This document shows positions 47,367 through 57,611 of a DNA stretch of 62,728 nt, piece after piece. Origin of the DNA: Candidatus Jacksonbacteria bacterium RIFCSPLOWO2_02_FULL_44_20. GTDB lineage: Bacteria > Patescibacteriota > Patescibacteriia > UBA9629. The stretch's first letter is position 1, and every line of letters begins with the position of its first letter. The position numbers and the translations under genes were made by a program. Below the pieces are notes generated by a model. The model was not told where the DNA came from. It saw only the letters and a program-made list of their open reading frames with translations, and searched no databases. The stretch spans positions 1-62,728 of the forward strand of contig MHJU01000012.1 of the NCBI GenBank assembly GCA_001818155.1, written 5' to 3'.

Positions 47367-48644
47367 GTGCCCGCATATCGCCCCAAACTTGTCTATTTTT
47401 TTTATCCGTTCCTTATTGGAAGTCTGTTTTTAGTTTTTTTTGCCGCGAGCAACGCATATCAATTGCCTATTTTAGAGATCGGAGGCGAGGATGATGCGGA
47501 AAACAATTCCATTACTGAATTGAATCAGGATTTAAAAACACGCCGTGAAGCGGTTGATGCGCTTAAACTACAGGCAGAGGAATACAGGGGAAAGGTGATT
47601 GCGCATAGAAATGAGGCCTTCACGCTGAAAAATCAGCTTCTTATTCTTGACGCGCAAATTGCAAAAATCAGCGTTGAAATTCAAACCAAAGAACAGGAGA
47701 TTGAAATTACAAAACTTGATATTCGCGGAATTGAACTGCGCATTGAACAATTAAAAAAAATAATCGGCAGGCAAAAGGAACGAATCGCGGACATTCTGCG
47801 CATCGTCTACCAAAATCAGGAAAAAAGCGAGCTGGAAATTCTCCTTTTGAATGATTCTCTTTCGGACTTCTTTAATCATGCGCAGTATATTGAAAATCTT
47901 CATGACGGTTTGCATAAACAACTTATTGAGTTAAAATCCGCAAACGAAGAACTTGAGAGCGAAGAAGTTTCTATAAAAGCGAAACAGGATGCTTTGGAAC
48001 GGCAGAAAAAATCGTTTGAAGATCAGCAATATGGTCTTAAAGATCAGGAAAGAGTAAAAACGCAACTTTTGGAGGAAACTCGCGAGAGTGAAAATACGTT
48101 CAGGACTTTACTGCAGGAGTTGAAGTCGCAGGAAGAATCGGTTAATGAGGAAATTATCTTACTTGAAAAAACGATACGAAAAAAACTTGAAGACGAAGAT
48201 GCCGCGAAAAAGTTAGAACAAGCAAAGGGCGAATTACTTTCCTGGCCTGTGCCGAAAAATACAATCACTGCGTATTTTCATGATCCGTCATATCCATACA
48301 GATATGTGTTTGAGCACCCGGCAATTGACATCCGCGCTCCTCATAGAACCACTGTTGCCGCTTCCGCAAGCGGATACGTCGCAAAAACTCGGAAAGACCC
48401 GAATTGCGACGGTCGCTATTCCTATATTATGATTATTCACGCGAACGGACTTTCAACTGTGTACGGACATGTAAATGAAATAGATGTTGAAGAGGGGCGG
48501 TTTGTTCTCCAAGGACAGGCAATCGGGCGAAGCGGAGGAATGCCCGGCACATGCGGCTCCGGACGTCTCACAACCGGGCCTCACATGCATTTTGAAGTGC
48601 GGTTGAACGGAATACCTGTTGATCCGCTTTTATATTTGCCGTAA
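47367..48644 (+). CDS. Coiled-coil M23 peptidase (EnvC-like architecture)
   Basis: TM, long coiled coil, HPAID, YGH, TGPHMHFEVR. Confidence 0.88.
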   Translation: MPAYRPKLVYFFYPFLIGSLFLVFFAASNAYQLPILEIGGEDDAENNSITELNQDLKTRREAVDALKLQAEEYRGKVIAHRNEAFTLKNQLLILDAQIAKISVEIQTKEQEIEITKLDIRGIELRIEQLKKIIGRQKERIADILRIVYQNQEKSELEILLLNDSLSDFFNHAQYIENLHDGLHKQLIELKSANEELESEEVSIKAKQDALERQKKSFEDQQYGLKDQERVKTQLLEETRESENTFRTLLQELKSQEESVNEEIILLEKTIRKKLEDEDAAKKLEQAKGELLSWPVPKNTITAYFHDPSYPYRYVFEHPAIDIRAPHRTTVAASASGYVAKTRKDPNCDGRYSYIMIIHANGLSTVYGHVNEIDVEEGRFVLQGQAIGRSGGMPGTCGSGRLTTGPHMHFEVRLNGIPVDPLLYLP

Positions 48645-48646
48645 AT

Positions 48647-49558
48647 ATGTACGACTTTGCCATTATCGGAGGAGGTCCTACTGGATACGCGGCGGCTATG
48701 TACGCCGGACGCTTAAATTTGAAAACGATTATTTTTACAGGCGCGCCCGGCGGACTTATTATTACCACGGATTTTGTTGATAACTATCCCGGATTCAAGC
48801 ACATAAGCGGATACGATCTTTTCAGTAATGTTCAGGAGCACGCCCGTTCTTACGAGATTACCGAGATTTCCGCAGAAGCAACTTCAGTACGCTCAAATGA
48901 TCGTGGAGCATTTATTATTCAGACAAAAAAAGATTCGCACGAAACTAAAACAGTTCTATTTGCAACCGGCGCGTCGCATCGTAAAATTACTGTTCCCGGA
49001 GCCGCGGAATTTGAAAACAAAGGCATACACTATTGCGCGCTCTGCGACGGGTTCGCGTATAAAGGTAAAATAGTTGCAATTGTTGGAGGAGCTGATTCGG
49101 CGGCCAAAGAATCGCTTGAACTTGCGCAAAATGCTGAAATCGTGTATATCCTTTGCCGTGGTAGCGCTCTTCGCGGCGAACCTGTAAATGTTACGCGAGT
49201 TCATCAGAATAAAAAAATCAAACTCGTAACAAACATTAATCCTGTAAAAATTATCGGGAAAGAACGCGTTGAAGGAGTTGAACTTGATCGTCCTTACGAA
49301 GGGAGCGCGATTCTTAAAGTTCAGGGAATTTTTGTTGCGATAGGACACATTCCGCAATCAGAATTATCGTTACAGCTTGGCGTTTTACGGAATGAAAAAA
49401 AGGAGATTGTCATTAACCGTTTTACTGAAACCAATGTCCATGGCGTGTATGCCGCTGGCGACGTATCTGATACTCCTTTCAAACAAATGATAATCGGTTG
49501 CGCCGAGGGCGTGATGGCGGCGTATCGGGCGTATGAGCATCTCGCAAAAGCAATATGA
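48647..49558 (+). CDS. trxB: Thioredoxin reductase
   Basis: IIGGGP, ATG, CALCDG, GVYAAGD. Confidence 0.92.
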   Translation: MYDFAIIGGGPTGYAAAMYAGRLNLKTIIFTGAPGGLIITTDFVDNYPGFKHISGYDLFSNVQEHARSYEITEISAEATSVRSNDRGAFIIQTKKDSHETKTVLFATGASHRKITVPGAAEFENKGIHYCALCDGFAYKGKIVAIVGGADSAAKESLELAQNAEIVYILCRGSALRGEPVNVTRVHQNKKIKLVTNINPVKIIGKERVEGVELDRPYEGSAILKVQGIFVAIGHIPQSELSLQLGVLRNEKKEIVINRFTETNVHGVYAAGDVSDTPFKQMIIGCAEGVMAAYRAYEHLAKAI

Positions 49559-49809
49559 ATATCAAGGATTTTATCAGAGAACGACCATATCTTATGTGGT
49601 CAACAAATAATTACGACGCGCTTTCAGAAGACGCGATTCTTGAAGCGGTTTTGAATTACGGCAATTTTAATGATGCGCAAAAGCTATTTTCTCTTTTGGG
49701 GATTAAAAAATCAGCCACCATTTTTCACAAGCAAATAAAAAGGAGTAGAGTTAATTATAGCCCGAAGATACAGAATTATTTCACGCTTTATTTTAAGAAA
49801 TATGCATAA
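49555..49809 (+). CDS. Small protein, probable antitoxin partner of AbiEii-like gene
   Basis: LMWS...ILEAVLNYG; overlaps the downstream NTase. Confidence 0.65.
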   Translation: MNIKDFIRERPYLMWSTNNYDALSEDAILEAVLNYGNFNDAQKLFSLLGIKKSATIFHKQIKRSRVNYSPKIQNYFTLYFKKYA

Positions 49810-50434
49810 AGAGATTTTAACAGACGCGCAGATTAAACTCTTGCCAATGCTTGAGTCGTTTGCTGAAAATTTTGGGTTAGTCGGCGGAACTGCGATAGCA
49901 TTGCATATTGGGCACAGGCGGTCAGTTGATTTTGACCTTTTTACGAATCACTCGTTTGACACGTTAAGAATAAAAAAAAAAATTGTGCAGTTTAACCCAA
50001 TAGAAGGAGTGTTAGTGGACGAAAGCGCGGAGTATTCGGTTGTTGTTCAAGGAGTAAAAGTAACCTTTTTGTACTATCCTTTTAAAATTGAGTTTGGGGA
50101 ACGTTTTGACGATGTTATACAACTGCCCGATTTAGCAACCTTAGCCGCAATGAAGGCGTATGCTTTAGGAAGACGGGCGAAGTGGAAAGATTATGTGGAT
50201 ATGTATTTTATATTCAAAAAATTTCATGCGTTGAAAGAGGTTGTAAAAAAAGCAGAGCAGATTTTTGCAGTTGATTTTAATGAAAAGTTGTTTCGCGTTC
50301 AATTAGCGTATTTTGATGACATGGATTATACGGAAAAAATAATGTATATGCCGGGATTTGAAACGAGCGACGAAACTGTAAAAAAGTCGCTCATTGAGTA
50401 TAGTTTGGAATACAATGAGTATAAAAAACCATGA
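49802..50434 (+). CDS. AbiEii/AbiGii-type nucleotidyltransferase
   Basis: LVGGTA..L..GHRRSVDFD, AMKAYA..RR...KDYVD. Confidence 0.88.
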   Translation: MHKEILTDAQIKLLPMLESFAENFGLVGGTAIALHIGHRRSVDFDLFTNHSFDTLRIKKKIVQFNPIEGVLVDESAEYSVVVQGVKVTFLYYPFKIEFGERFDDVIQLPDLATLAAMKAYALGRRAKWKDYVDMYFIFKKFHALKEVVKKAEQIFAVDFNEKLFRVQLAYFDDMDYTEKIMYMPGFETSDETVKKSLIEYSLEYNEYKKP

Positions 50435-51692
50435 ACGACAAATACTAGTGGAACCTAAAGAACAAGTATCCGTTCCAAAGCCGCCGCGTATTTTTGAGCT
50501 CATCAATTCGCAAGAGCCGTTGCAGAAGAAACTGGAACAGATAACGAGTCAGATCTATACCGATTTTTATACCGCCGCGAGTATGAGCGACCGTGAGAAA
50601 GTAGCGCTTGGTTTACTTGGATTATTAGAGTTCGGCAATGATGGACTTGCTGCATTACAGTATGGTATTGCGCAAGATACAGGCGCGTTGGGAGAAACGG
50701 CGCGGAAATTAGTTTCTTTTTTGCCAGAAAAGCCCAATGCAGATGAGTTCGCAAAACGAACGGCATTAGAAAAATCACTTGACATTCAACGATATGGGGA
50801 CATTATTTTTGATGAATGGGAGATGGAAGACGATGAGTTGGCGCATTTGTATAAAATTAACCCTATTCTGCAAAAAAAATTCAGCAATAAAAAAGCATTT
50901 CAAGCCGCCTACATCCAGCAGAGAGGTTTAAAACCTGGTATACGGAAGGAAGAAAGATTAGAGCAAGAACGGTTACTGATGCAGGGTGTTCCACCTGGCG
51001 AGGCAACCTATCGGTTTATGAAAAAACGGAAAGAAGAAGAGCTGATAAGCGATATTCGTTCATTCGGAAATTATGAAGCATCTTATATTGAGTTGTTAGG
51101 GCCTTTAGATGTTTTGCGTTTACGGTCCGAGAAAGAGCCTAAATTTTTATTGGTAGGCGCTGACTGGGGAGCCGGAGAGTTTGTACAGTTTATTGATAAA
51201 ATAAATCCCAATGGCAAAAAGTATATTATTGATAAAACAAAAATGTATACTTCATTTTTTAAGCACATTCAAAGCCAAGATAAATCTTTGATTACGATAA
51301 TGGACGGATTGAATCTTGGTTTCAAAAAAGAACAATTTGATTGTGTTTTTATTAATTATCTTTTAGGGGTACTCATAGGGGATAAAAACCAAACTTTTAA
51401 AGAAAGCCTGAGATTGCTGTTTACACAGCTTTTTGCTGTTTTGAAAAAAGGCGGAAGTTTGTGCATTGTTGATGAGTATGAATATGCGCATAAATTTTCA
51501 AAGGACGAGCTTGTGGAGATTCTGCAAGGCGCTGGTTTTTCCAAAACCAATGATGCTGGATTTCCGCTGTTTTGTTTATTTCAGCACGATAGATTACGCG
51601 GGATTATTGACGAGAATGGATTTGGACAGTTTAAAAATATCCCGTTAGTATGCAAAGATAACGATTTTACGTTTCGGTTTTCAAAACCATAA
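50394..51692 (+). CDS. Hypothetical protein with class I SAM-methyltransferase-like C-terminus
   Basis: LLVGAD, FDCVF, VLKKGG; start probably ATG 50415. Confidence 0.55.
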   Translation: MSIVWNTMSIKNHERQILVEPKEQVSVPKPPRIFELINSQEPLQKKLEQITSQIYTDFYTAASMSDREKVALGLLGLLEFGNDGLAALQYGIAQDTGALGETARKLVSFLPEKPNADEFAKRTALEKSLDIQRYGDIIFDEWEMEDDELAHLYKINPILQKKFSNKKAFQAAYIQQRGLKPGIRKEERLEQERLLMQGVPPGEATYRFMKKRKEEELISDIRSFGNYEASYIELLGPLDVLRLRSEKEPKFLLVGADWGAGEFVQFIDKINPNGKKYIIDKTKMYTSFFKHIQSQDKSLITIMDGLNLGFKKEQFDCVFINYLLGVLIGDKNQTFKESLRLLFTQLFAVLKKGGSLCIVDEYEYAHKFSKDELVEILQGAGFSKTNDAGFPLFCLFQHDRLRGIIDENGFGQFKNIPLVCKDNDFTFRFSKP

Positions 51693-51713
51693 CGCGTTAT
51701 TTAAGGAAACAAT

Positions 51714-52349
51714 ATGCCAACCGTCCCAATAGAGATCTCTGCCCGGCATTGCCACCTTTCGCAAACAGACCTTGATATTTTGTTTGGCAAAGGATATGCA
51801 TTAACTCCGACTAAGCCGTTGTCTCAACGCGCGCAATACGCGGCGCGGGAAGTGGTGGAAGTACAAACACCAAGCAGTTGGGGCTTGCCTCCGCATACGG
51901 ATTTTACGTTTGGAAAAGCGCCGGATCATAACCAAATCCGCATACTCGGGCCGGTGCGGGAGCACACTCAAGTAGAATTATCATGGAGCGACTGCGTTTC
52001 TGCCGGAATTGAACCGCGCGTTTTGGTTTCCGGAGATTGGAAGCGGAGCGCGGGAGGGCTGATTTTGATAGGACCAAATGGCGAAGTAAAATTGGAAAGG
52101 GGAGTTATAGTTCCGCAAAGACATATTCATTCTCATACAGATAAGGCGCGTGAATTAGGGCTAAAGCATGGGCAGATAGTTTCAGTAAAAGTTTTAGACG
52201 AAGATCAAAAATCCTCATTGTGCCCGATTACATTTCATAACGTTATCATCCGAATCCACCCAACATTTGACTGGCAGATGCATCTTCATACTGATGAAGG
52301 TAACGCCGCGGGGATTACAGGAATGGCTAAAGGAGAGATAATGATATGA
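51714..52349 (+). CDS. pduL: PduL-type phosphate acyltransferase
   Basis: SARHCHLS, RILGPVR..TQVELS, QRHIH, MHLHTDEGNA. Confidence 0.88.
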   Translation: MPTVPIEISARHCHLSQTDLDILFGKGYALTPTKPLSQRAQYAAREVVEVQTPSSWGLPPHTDFTFGKAPDHNQIRILGPVREHTQVELSWSDCVSAGIEPRVLVSGDWKRSAGGLILIGPNGEVKLERGVIVPQRHIHSHTDKARELGLKHGQIVSVKVLDEDQKSSLCPITFHNVIIRIHPTFDWQMHLHTDEGNAAGITGMAKGEIMI

Positions 52350-53365
52350 TTCTTTCAATTAACGCCGGTTCAACATCAGTTAAATACCGTCTTTTTTCAT
52401 CAAAACTCGCGCTTGTCGCAGGCGAGGATTTTCCAGACACTGCGCCGAGCAAAAAATTATTTCACCAGATTGCGCGTTTGCTTGAGAGTCAGTTGAAACA
52501 GAATCGTCTAAAAATCGCTCACCGCGTGGTGCATGGTGGTCCGCATTTGCGGCATCCGATGAAAATTACGCCGTATGTCGTAAAAACCATAAAAAATCAC
52601 GCGCATCTCGCGCCGTTACATAATCCTTTTAACCTTAAAGCAATTGAATTTGCGAGGAGATATTTTCCGAACGCCGCGCATTTTGCAGTTTTTGATACTG
52701 GATTTTTTCGCACACTTCCGTTAGTTGCGGAACTTTATCCGATTCCGCTATCATTCTATAAAAAATACGGCATAGAACGATATGGTTTTCACGGCATTGC
52801 GCATGCATATTGCGCAGAGATTGCAAAACAGAAACTGAAACTGACGCGCCCGAATCTCATTACGCTTCATCTTGGCGGAGGATCTTCAATCACAGCTGTA
52901 AAACGCGCCCGCGCGATTGACACATCAATGGGATATTCGCCTCTTGAAGGTCTCATGATGTGGTCTCGCGCAGGGGATATTGATCCGGGGGTTTTAGTAA
53001 GTTCAACCCCGAAAAATTTCGGCGCAAAATTTTGGAACAATGTCCTTAATTATGAATCAGGGTTAAAAGGAATTTCCGGCTGTAGAGATTATCTTGATCT
53101 TCTTCACAAACGCGCTCTCGGGCATCATACGGCAAAATTGGCATTTGACATGTTTGTATATCGCATACAAAAATATATCGGCGCATATTATGCGGCGTTA
53201 AACGGCAGTGTTGACGCCATTGTTTTTTCCGGCAAAATCGGAGCCGGAGACGCGATTACACGCCGCGCCGTATGCGATGGGCTTCCATTTTTGAAAAATG
53301 TCGCGAAATTAGTTGTAGAACCAAACGAAGAATGGATGATGGCGAAACTGGTCCAGAAATTGTGA
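52346..53365 (+). CDS. ackA: Acetate/propionate kinase (short)
   Basis: INAGSTSVK, HRVVHGG, APLHN, FDTGF, RYGFHG, HLGGGSS, DTSMG. Confidence 0.93.
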   Translation: MILSINAGSTSVKYRLFSSKLALVAGEDFPDTAPSKKLFHQIARLLESQLKQNRLKIAHRVVHGGPHLRHPMKITPYVVKTIKNHAHLAPLHNPFNLKAIEFARRYFPNAAHFAVFDTGFFRTLPLVAELYPIPLSFYKKYGIERYGFHGIAHAYCAEIAKQKLKLTRPNLITLHLGGGSSITAVKRARAIDTSMGYSPLEGLMMWSRAGDIDPGVLVSSTPKNFGAKFWNNVLNYESGLKGISGCRDYLDLLHKRALGHHTAKLAFDMFVYRIQKYIGAYYAALNGSVDAIVFSGKIGAGDAITRRAVCDGLPFLKNVAKLVVEPNEEWMMAKLVQKL

Positions 53366-53368
53366 TAT

Positions 53369-55117
53369 ATGCTCTACTCTATTCTTCCACAATCTTCAAA
53401 ATCTTTTTCATTAACAGCTCCGGATCTGCATCCAATTTTACGCAGTCTTCTTTTTCAGCGAGGAATAAGAACCAAAGATGATATTGATGAGTTTCTAAAT
53501 CCACGATATGAGAATTCAGCCTATGATCCGTTCCAATTTTTGGAAATGAAAAAAGCTGTAGAGCGTCTGCGTAAAGCGGCAGAATTAAATGAGAGGATTA
53601 TTATTTATGGAGATTATGATGTTGACGGTGTCGCATCTTCAATTCTCATGCTGGAAACTCTTGAAACGCTTTATAAAAAAATCTGTCTGCCGACAAGGCA
53701 AGATGACAAAAGAGCTTCAGTAGGCGTATATCTTCCGCATCGCGAGGATGAGGGATATGGGCTTAACCCAAAAGCCGTTTCATATATTAAGGAACACGGC
53801 GCGGCTCTGCTTATAACTTGCGATTGCGGCAGTGGAAACAAAGATGAGCTTAGCGATCTTCAAAAAGCAGGTATTGATGTTATTATTCTTGATCACCATG
53901 TCGCGCCTTTGGAGCGTCCGCCATCTTTTGCCTTCATCAATCCGAAATTTAAGAATGAAAGATATCCGTATCGCGATCTTTCAGCAGGAGGAGTTGTATT
54001 TAAGGTAATTCAGGCGCTTCGTAAGCTTGACTATATAAGTGAATCATTTGAGAAATGGTCGCTTGATTTAGTAGCGCTTTCAACTGTCGCAGACATGATG
54101 CCGCTTTTGAAAGAAAATCGGACACTTGTGAAATGGGGGCTTATGGTTTTGAATAAAACCCGCAGAGTTGGCATGCAGGCGCTAATCCGCAGTTCCCGGA
54201 TTCAAAAAATACTTACAACTTACGACATAAGCTACGCCCTCGCTCCTCGCATTAATTCAGCCGGGCGCCTTGATCACGCAAACGTCGCATTTGATCTTCT
54301 GCGCCAGACAAATAAAGAGAGCGCAGAACATGAAGCAATGAATCTCAATCAAACAAATGAAGCGCGGCAGAAACTCACAGAGAAAATTTTAGAAGAGGCA
54401 AAAAGGCAGATACAAGAACAATATGAGCGTCATGATCGAACTCTCCTTGCTTATAACCTTAATCAAAAAACATGGCCGATGGGCGTGTTGGGGCTTGTTG
54501 CGGGCAAAATCGCAAAAGAATATTATCGCCCGGTTTTTGTAATCGCGCAAACTAATCACGGCATCTCCGGGAGCGGACGTTCTATACCGGCATTTGATCT
54601 CACAGCTTTGCTTGACTCTGTGCGCGATCTTTTGGAAAAATACGGCGGGCATCCGCAGGCATGCGGTTTTACGCTCAAAAATATGGATGATCCAGAGGCA
54701 ACGATCCAGCTTTTCAAGTCAAGAATTGAGGAATATGGCAAGCAGTATTTGAAAGAAAGCGATCTTCTCCCGACTATCACTATTTCCTCTGAACTTGCCT
54801 TTTCGGATATTACTTTAGAGTTTATAGAAGATTTGGAACGGCTTGAGCCATATGGCCAGGAAAACACGAAACCGCTTTTTTTGACGCGCAATGTACAAGT
54901 TCTTTCGTCTAGAACAATGGGAAAAAAGAATAATCACTGCAAATTGCTTGTTTCAGCGCATGGGGCAAGACATGAAGCTGTAGTCTTTTGCGCTAAAGAT
55001 CACATAAAAGAAATTACTTCAGGGGACTTCTGCGACATCATCTATAATTTGGAACAAAACGAGTGGAATGGGGAAACAAGGATTCAGCTCATGATACGCG
55101 AGCTTGAACGAGTGTAG
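53369..55117 (+). CDS. recJ: ssDNA exonuclease RecJ
   Basis: YGDYDVDG, EGYG, DHH, APRINSAGR, GSGRS, GGH. Confidence 0.96.
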   Translation: MLYSILPQSSKSFSLTAPDLHPILRSLLFQRGIRTKDDIDEFLNPRYENSAYDPFQFLEMKKAVERLRKAAELNERIIIYGDYDVDGVASSILMLETLETLYKKICLPTRQDDKRASVGVYLPHREDEGYGLNPKAVSYIKEHGAALLITCDCGSGNKDELSDLQKAGIDVIILDHHVAPLERPPSFAFINPKFKNERYPYRDLSAGGVVFKVIQALRKLDYISESFEKWSLDLVALSTVADMMPLLKENRTLVKWGLMVLNKTRRVGMQALIRSSRIQKILTTYDISYALAPRINSAGRLDHANVAFDLLRQTNKESAEHEAMNLNQTNEARQKLTEKILEEAKRQIQEQYERHDRTLLAYNLNQKTWPMGVLGLVAGKIAKEYYRPVFVIAQTNHGISGSGRSIPAFDLTALLDSVRDLLEKYGGHPQACGFTLKNMDDPEATIQLFKSRIEEYGKQYLKESDLLPTITISSELAFSDITLEFIEDLERLEPYGQENTKPLFLTRNVQVLSSRTMGKKNNHCKLLVSAHGARHEAVVFCAKDHIKEITSGDFCDIIYNLEQNEWNGETRIQLMIRELERV

Positions 55118-55134
55118 TTGACTAATACAGAGGA

Positions 55135-55163
55135 TTGACAAACACCTTTTGAACCGTTATACT
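55135..55163 (+). promoter_or_regulatory. Sigma70 promoter of the infA-rpsI operon
   Basis: TTGACA-17 nt-TATACT. Confidence 0.85.
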
Positions 55164-55192
55164 AGGCATCAATACTTTATAAACAACGAAGA

Positions 55193-55423
55193 ATGGCACA
55201 ATTTCAGGTTAATCAGAAAGGATTTATTGAAGCAGAAGGCGTGATAGAAGAAGCGCTCCCATCTGCGACTTTTCGTGTAATACTTGATAACGGTCATGAG
55301 ATACTGGCAAGAATCTCCGGCAAGATGCGGCTCAATCATATTATGCTTGTGCCCGGGGATCGGATTAAGATAGAGATGAGCCAGTACGATTTGACAAAAG
55401 GGCGCATAACGTATCGTCTTTAG
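55193..55423 (+). CDS. infA: Translation initiation factor IF-1
   Basis: [31 protein letters not shown]. Confidence 0.97.
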   Translation: MAQFQVNQKGFIEAEGVIEEALPSATFRVILDNGHEILARISGKMRLNHIMLVPGDRIKIEMSQYDLTKGRITYRL

Positions 55424-55487
55424 AATCTATCTTTTCAAAGTAAATTGAGAGCCTTTACAGGCGCGGATTTCTTTTATCAAAATACAT

Positions 55488-55604
55488 ATGAAAGTTCAGG
55501 CATCTGTTAAAAAACGCTGTGCCCAATGTAAAATCATTCGGCGCGGAAAATATCTCCGCGTCATTTGTCGGGCGAAAAAATCGCATAAACAAAGACAAGG
55601 ATAA
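55488..55604 (+). CDS. rpmJ: 50S ribosomal protein bL36 (not in ORF track)
   Basis: [38 protein letters not shown]. Confidence 0.96.
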   Translation: MKVQASVKKRCAQCKIIRRGKYLRVICRAKKSHKQRQG

Positions 55605-55609
55605 CATCT

Positions 55610-55999
55610 ATGGCTCGCATTGCAGGGGTAACCCTTCCAAAACAAAAACGAATTGAAATTGCGCTTACATACATGTACGGCATCGGCATTTCGCGCGCGC
55701 GTAAAATTATTCATGAAGCAGGGTTGGATGCGAATAAAAAGGTTAGCGATCTTACAGAACAAGAGGAAAATGCGTTGCGTTTAATTATTGAGAAAAATTA
55801 TAAAGTTGAAGGCGAACTCCGGCGAGAAATTATGCAAAACATTAAAGTACTGCAAGACATTGGAGCGTATAGAGGTATTCGGCACCGGAGACATCTGCCT
55901 GTGCGCGGACAGCGAACCAAAACTAACTCGCGCACTGTGCGCGGCAATGTGCGGAAAACTATGGGTTCTGGAAGATCAAAATCCGGAGATAAAACATAA
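55610..55999 (+). CDS. rpsM: 30S ribosomal protein uS13
   Basis: [18 protein letters not shown]. Confidence 0.98.
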   Translation: MARIAGVTLPKQKRIEIALTYMYGIGISRARKIIHEAGLDANKKVSDLTEQEENALRLIIEKNYKVEGELRREIMQNIKVLQDIGAYRGIRHRRHLPVRGQRTKTNSRTVRGNVRKTMGSGRSKSGDKT

Positions 56000-56007
56000 A
56001 AATTTTA

Positions 56008-56027
56008 CCTGCCTATCGGCAGACAGG
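56008..56027. repeat. 20-bp quasi-palindromic repeat CCTGCCTATCGGCAGACAGG
   Basis: Related copies at 19562-19581, 46723-46742 and 53682-53703. Confidence 0.85.
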
Positions 56028-56031
56028 TTGT

Positions 56032-56394
56032 ATGGCTAAAAAACGAGAAGTCCAATATGGAAGAGTGCATATCAAAGCAACGTATAATAATACGCTGATT
56101 ACAGTTACTGATCCTCTTGGCAATGCGCTTGCGTGGTCTGGCGCCGGGTTAAAAGGATTCAAAGGTCCGCGGAAAGCAACGCCTTATGCGGCAAGCGTGA
56201 TTGCAAATGATATTTTACAAAAAATCAAACCTTTTAATATGAAAATGGTTGACGTGTTTGTTCAGGGTATCGGGCACGGACGCGAGTCCGCAATACGAAC
56301 ATTAAACAGCGGAGGGTTGAAAGTCGGATCAATACGAGACGTTACTCCAATTCCGCACAACGGCCCCCGTCAGCCAAAACCGCGGAGAGTGTAA
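56032..56394 (+). CDS. rpsK: 30S ribosomal protein uS11
   Basis: ATYNNT, GFKG.RKATPYAA, DVTPIPHNG. Confidence 0.98.
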   Translation: MAKKREVQYGRVHIKATYNNTLITVTDPLGNALAWSGAGLKGFKGPRKATPYAASVIANDILQKIKPFNMKMVDVFVQGIGHGRESAIRTLNSGGLKVGSIRDVTPIPHNGPRQPKPRRV

Positions 56395-56399
56395 TTTAC

Positions 56400-56423
56400 A
56401 GCTTTTTAGCTTTTTAGCTTTTT
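56400..56423 (+). repeat. (AGCTTTTT)x3 followed by degenerate inverted copies
   Basis: Between rpsK and rpoA. Confidence 0.8.
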
Positions 56424-56461
56424 ATCAAAACTAAAAAAGTTAAACAGCATAAGTTTTTTCA

Positions 56462-57244
56462 ATGAATATCTCTCTTCCATCGCAGATTGCTATTACCCCA
56501 TCCACAAAAAATCCGGACTCTGCCAGGGTTGAAATTTACCCTTTGTATCCAGGTTACGGACACACGATCGGAAATGCGTTGCGGCGCGTCTTATTATCTT
56601 CTCTGGAAGGAACAGGGATAACTGCCGTGAAGATTGAAAATGCGCAACATGAATTCATGACGCTTCCGCATGTTAAAGAGGAGGTTTTGGAAATAATTTT
56701 AAACTTAAAACAACTGTGTCTGAAGATGCACACTGACGGGCCTGAAAAACTCATACTGAATGTCAAGGGGAAAAAAGAGGTTTCCGCATCTGATTTTAAG
56801 GCAAACGCGAATGTGGAAATTATGAATAAAGATTTTCATATAGCATCTCTTACACATAAAGACGCCGAACTAGTTATTGAAGCGGTAATTGAAAGAGGGC
56901 TCGGGTTTAGCCCGATTGAAGAACGGGAGAAAGATACTGACGTGGGTGTTATTTCCATTGATACAGTTTTCTCGCCTGTCTTATCCATAGGATACACAGT
57001 TGAAGATGTCAGAGTCGGAAAGCGGACTGATTATGATAAATTGACGTTTGATATTACAACCAATGGAACGGTCAGTGTGGAACACGCCATACACGAAGCC
57101 ACAGATATTCTTGCGCAGTACATTTCATTCATCAAAGATAAAACAGAACTGGAAACCAAAACCGAAGAGAAAAATATAGAGGACCAAGAAGTAACAACGG
57201 AAAAACCGAAACGCAAACGCGCCGTTAAAACCAAAAAAGTTTAG
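56462..57244 (+). CDS. rpoA: RNA polymerase alpha subunit, N-terminal domain only
   Basis: PL.PGYGHTIGNALRRVLLSS, HEF, IDTVFSPV, RTDYDKL; 260 aa, ends in a charged tail. Confidence 0.96.
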   Translation: MNISLPSQIAITPSTKNPDSARVEIYPLYPGYGHTIGNALRRVLLSSLEGTGITAVKIENAQHEFMTLPHVKEEVLEIILNLKQLCLKMHTDGPEKLILNVKGKKEVSASDFKANANVEIMNKDFHIASLTHKDAELVIEAVIERGLGFSPIEEREKDTDVGVISIDTVFSPVLSIGYTVEDVRVGKRTDYDKLTFDITTNGTVSVEHAIHEATDILAQYISFIKDKTELETKTEEKNIEDQEVTTEKPKRKRAVKTKKV

Positions 57245-57257
57245 ATTCGGATAACTT

Positions 57258-57608
57258 ATGCGCCATAGAAACAAACCAACTATCAGCTCGCCCTTCCGAA
57301 GAAGAGACAACAGCCTTTTCAAAAATTTGGCTGTTTCTTTGATTCTGCATGAAAATGTGAAGACCACCTGCTCGCGAGCGAAAATTGTGCGCGCGCGCGT
57401 TGAACGTTTCATTACAAAAGCAAAGCAAGGCAACCTTACAGCCCGCCGCGCTCTTCTCCGATCGCTTGGACGAGAAGGAGCGGTGCGTAAATTGCTGGAA
57501 GAACTTGGGCCAAGATATAAAGAACGTAATGGCGGTTATACGCGTATTGTAAAACTGGGAGTCAGAAAAGGTGACGGAGCAGATATTTCACAAATTTCAT
57601 TTGTATAA
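57258..57608 (+). CDS. rplQ: 50S ribosomal protein bL17
   Basis: MRHR, RNGGYTRI, RKGDGA. Confidence 0.96.
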   Translation: MRHRNKPTISSPFRRRDNSLFKNLAVSLILHENVKTTCSRAKIVRARVERFITKAKQGNLTARRALLRSLGREGAVRKLLEELGPRYKERNGGYTRIVKLGVRKGDGADISQISFV

Positions 57609-57611
57609 ACA

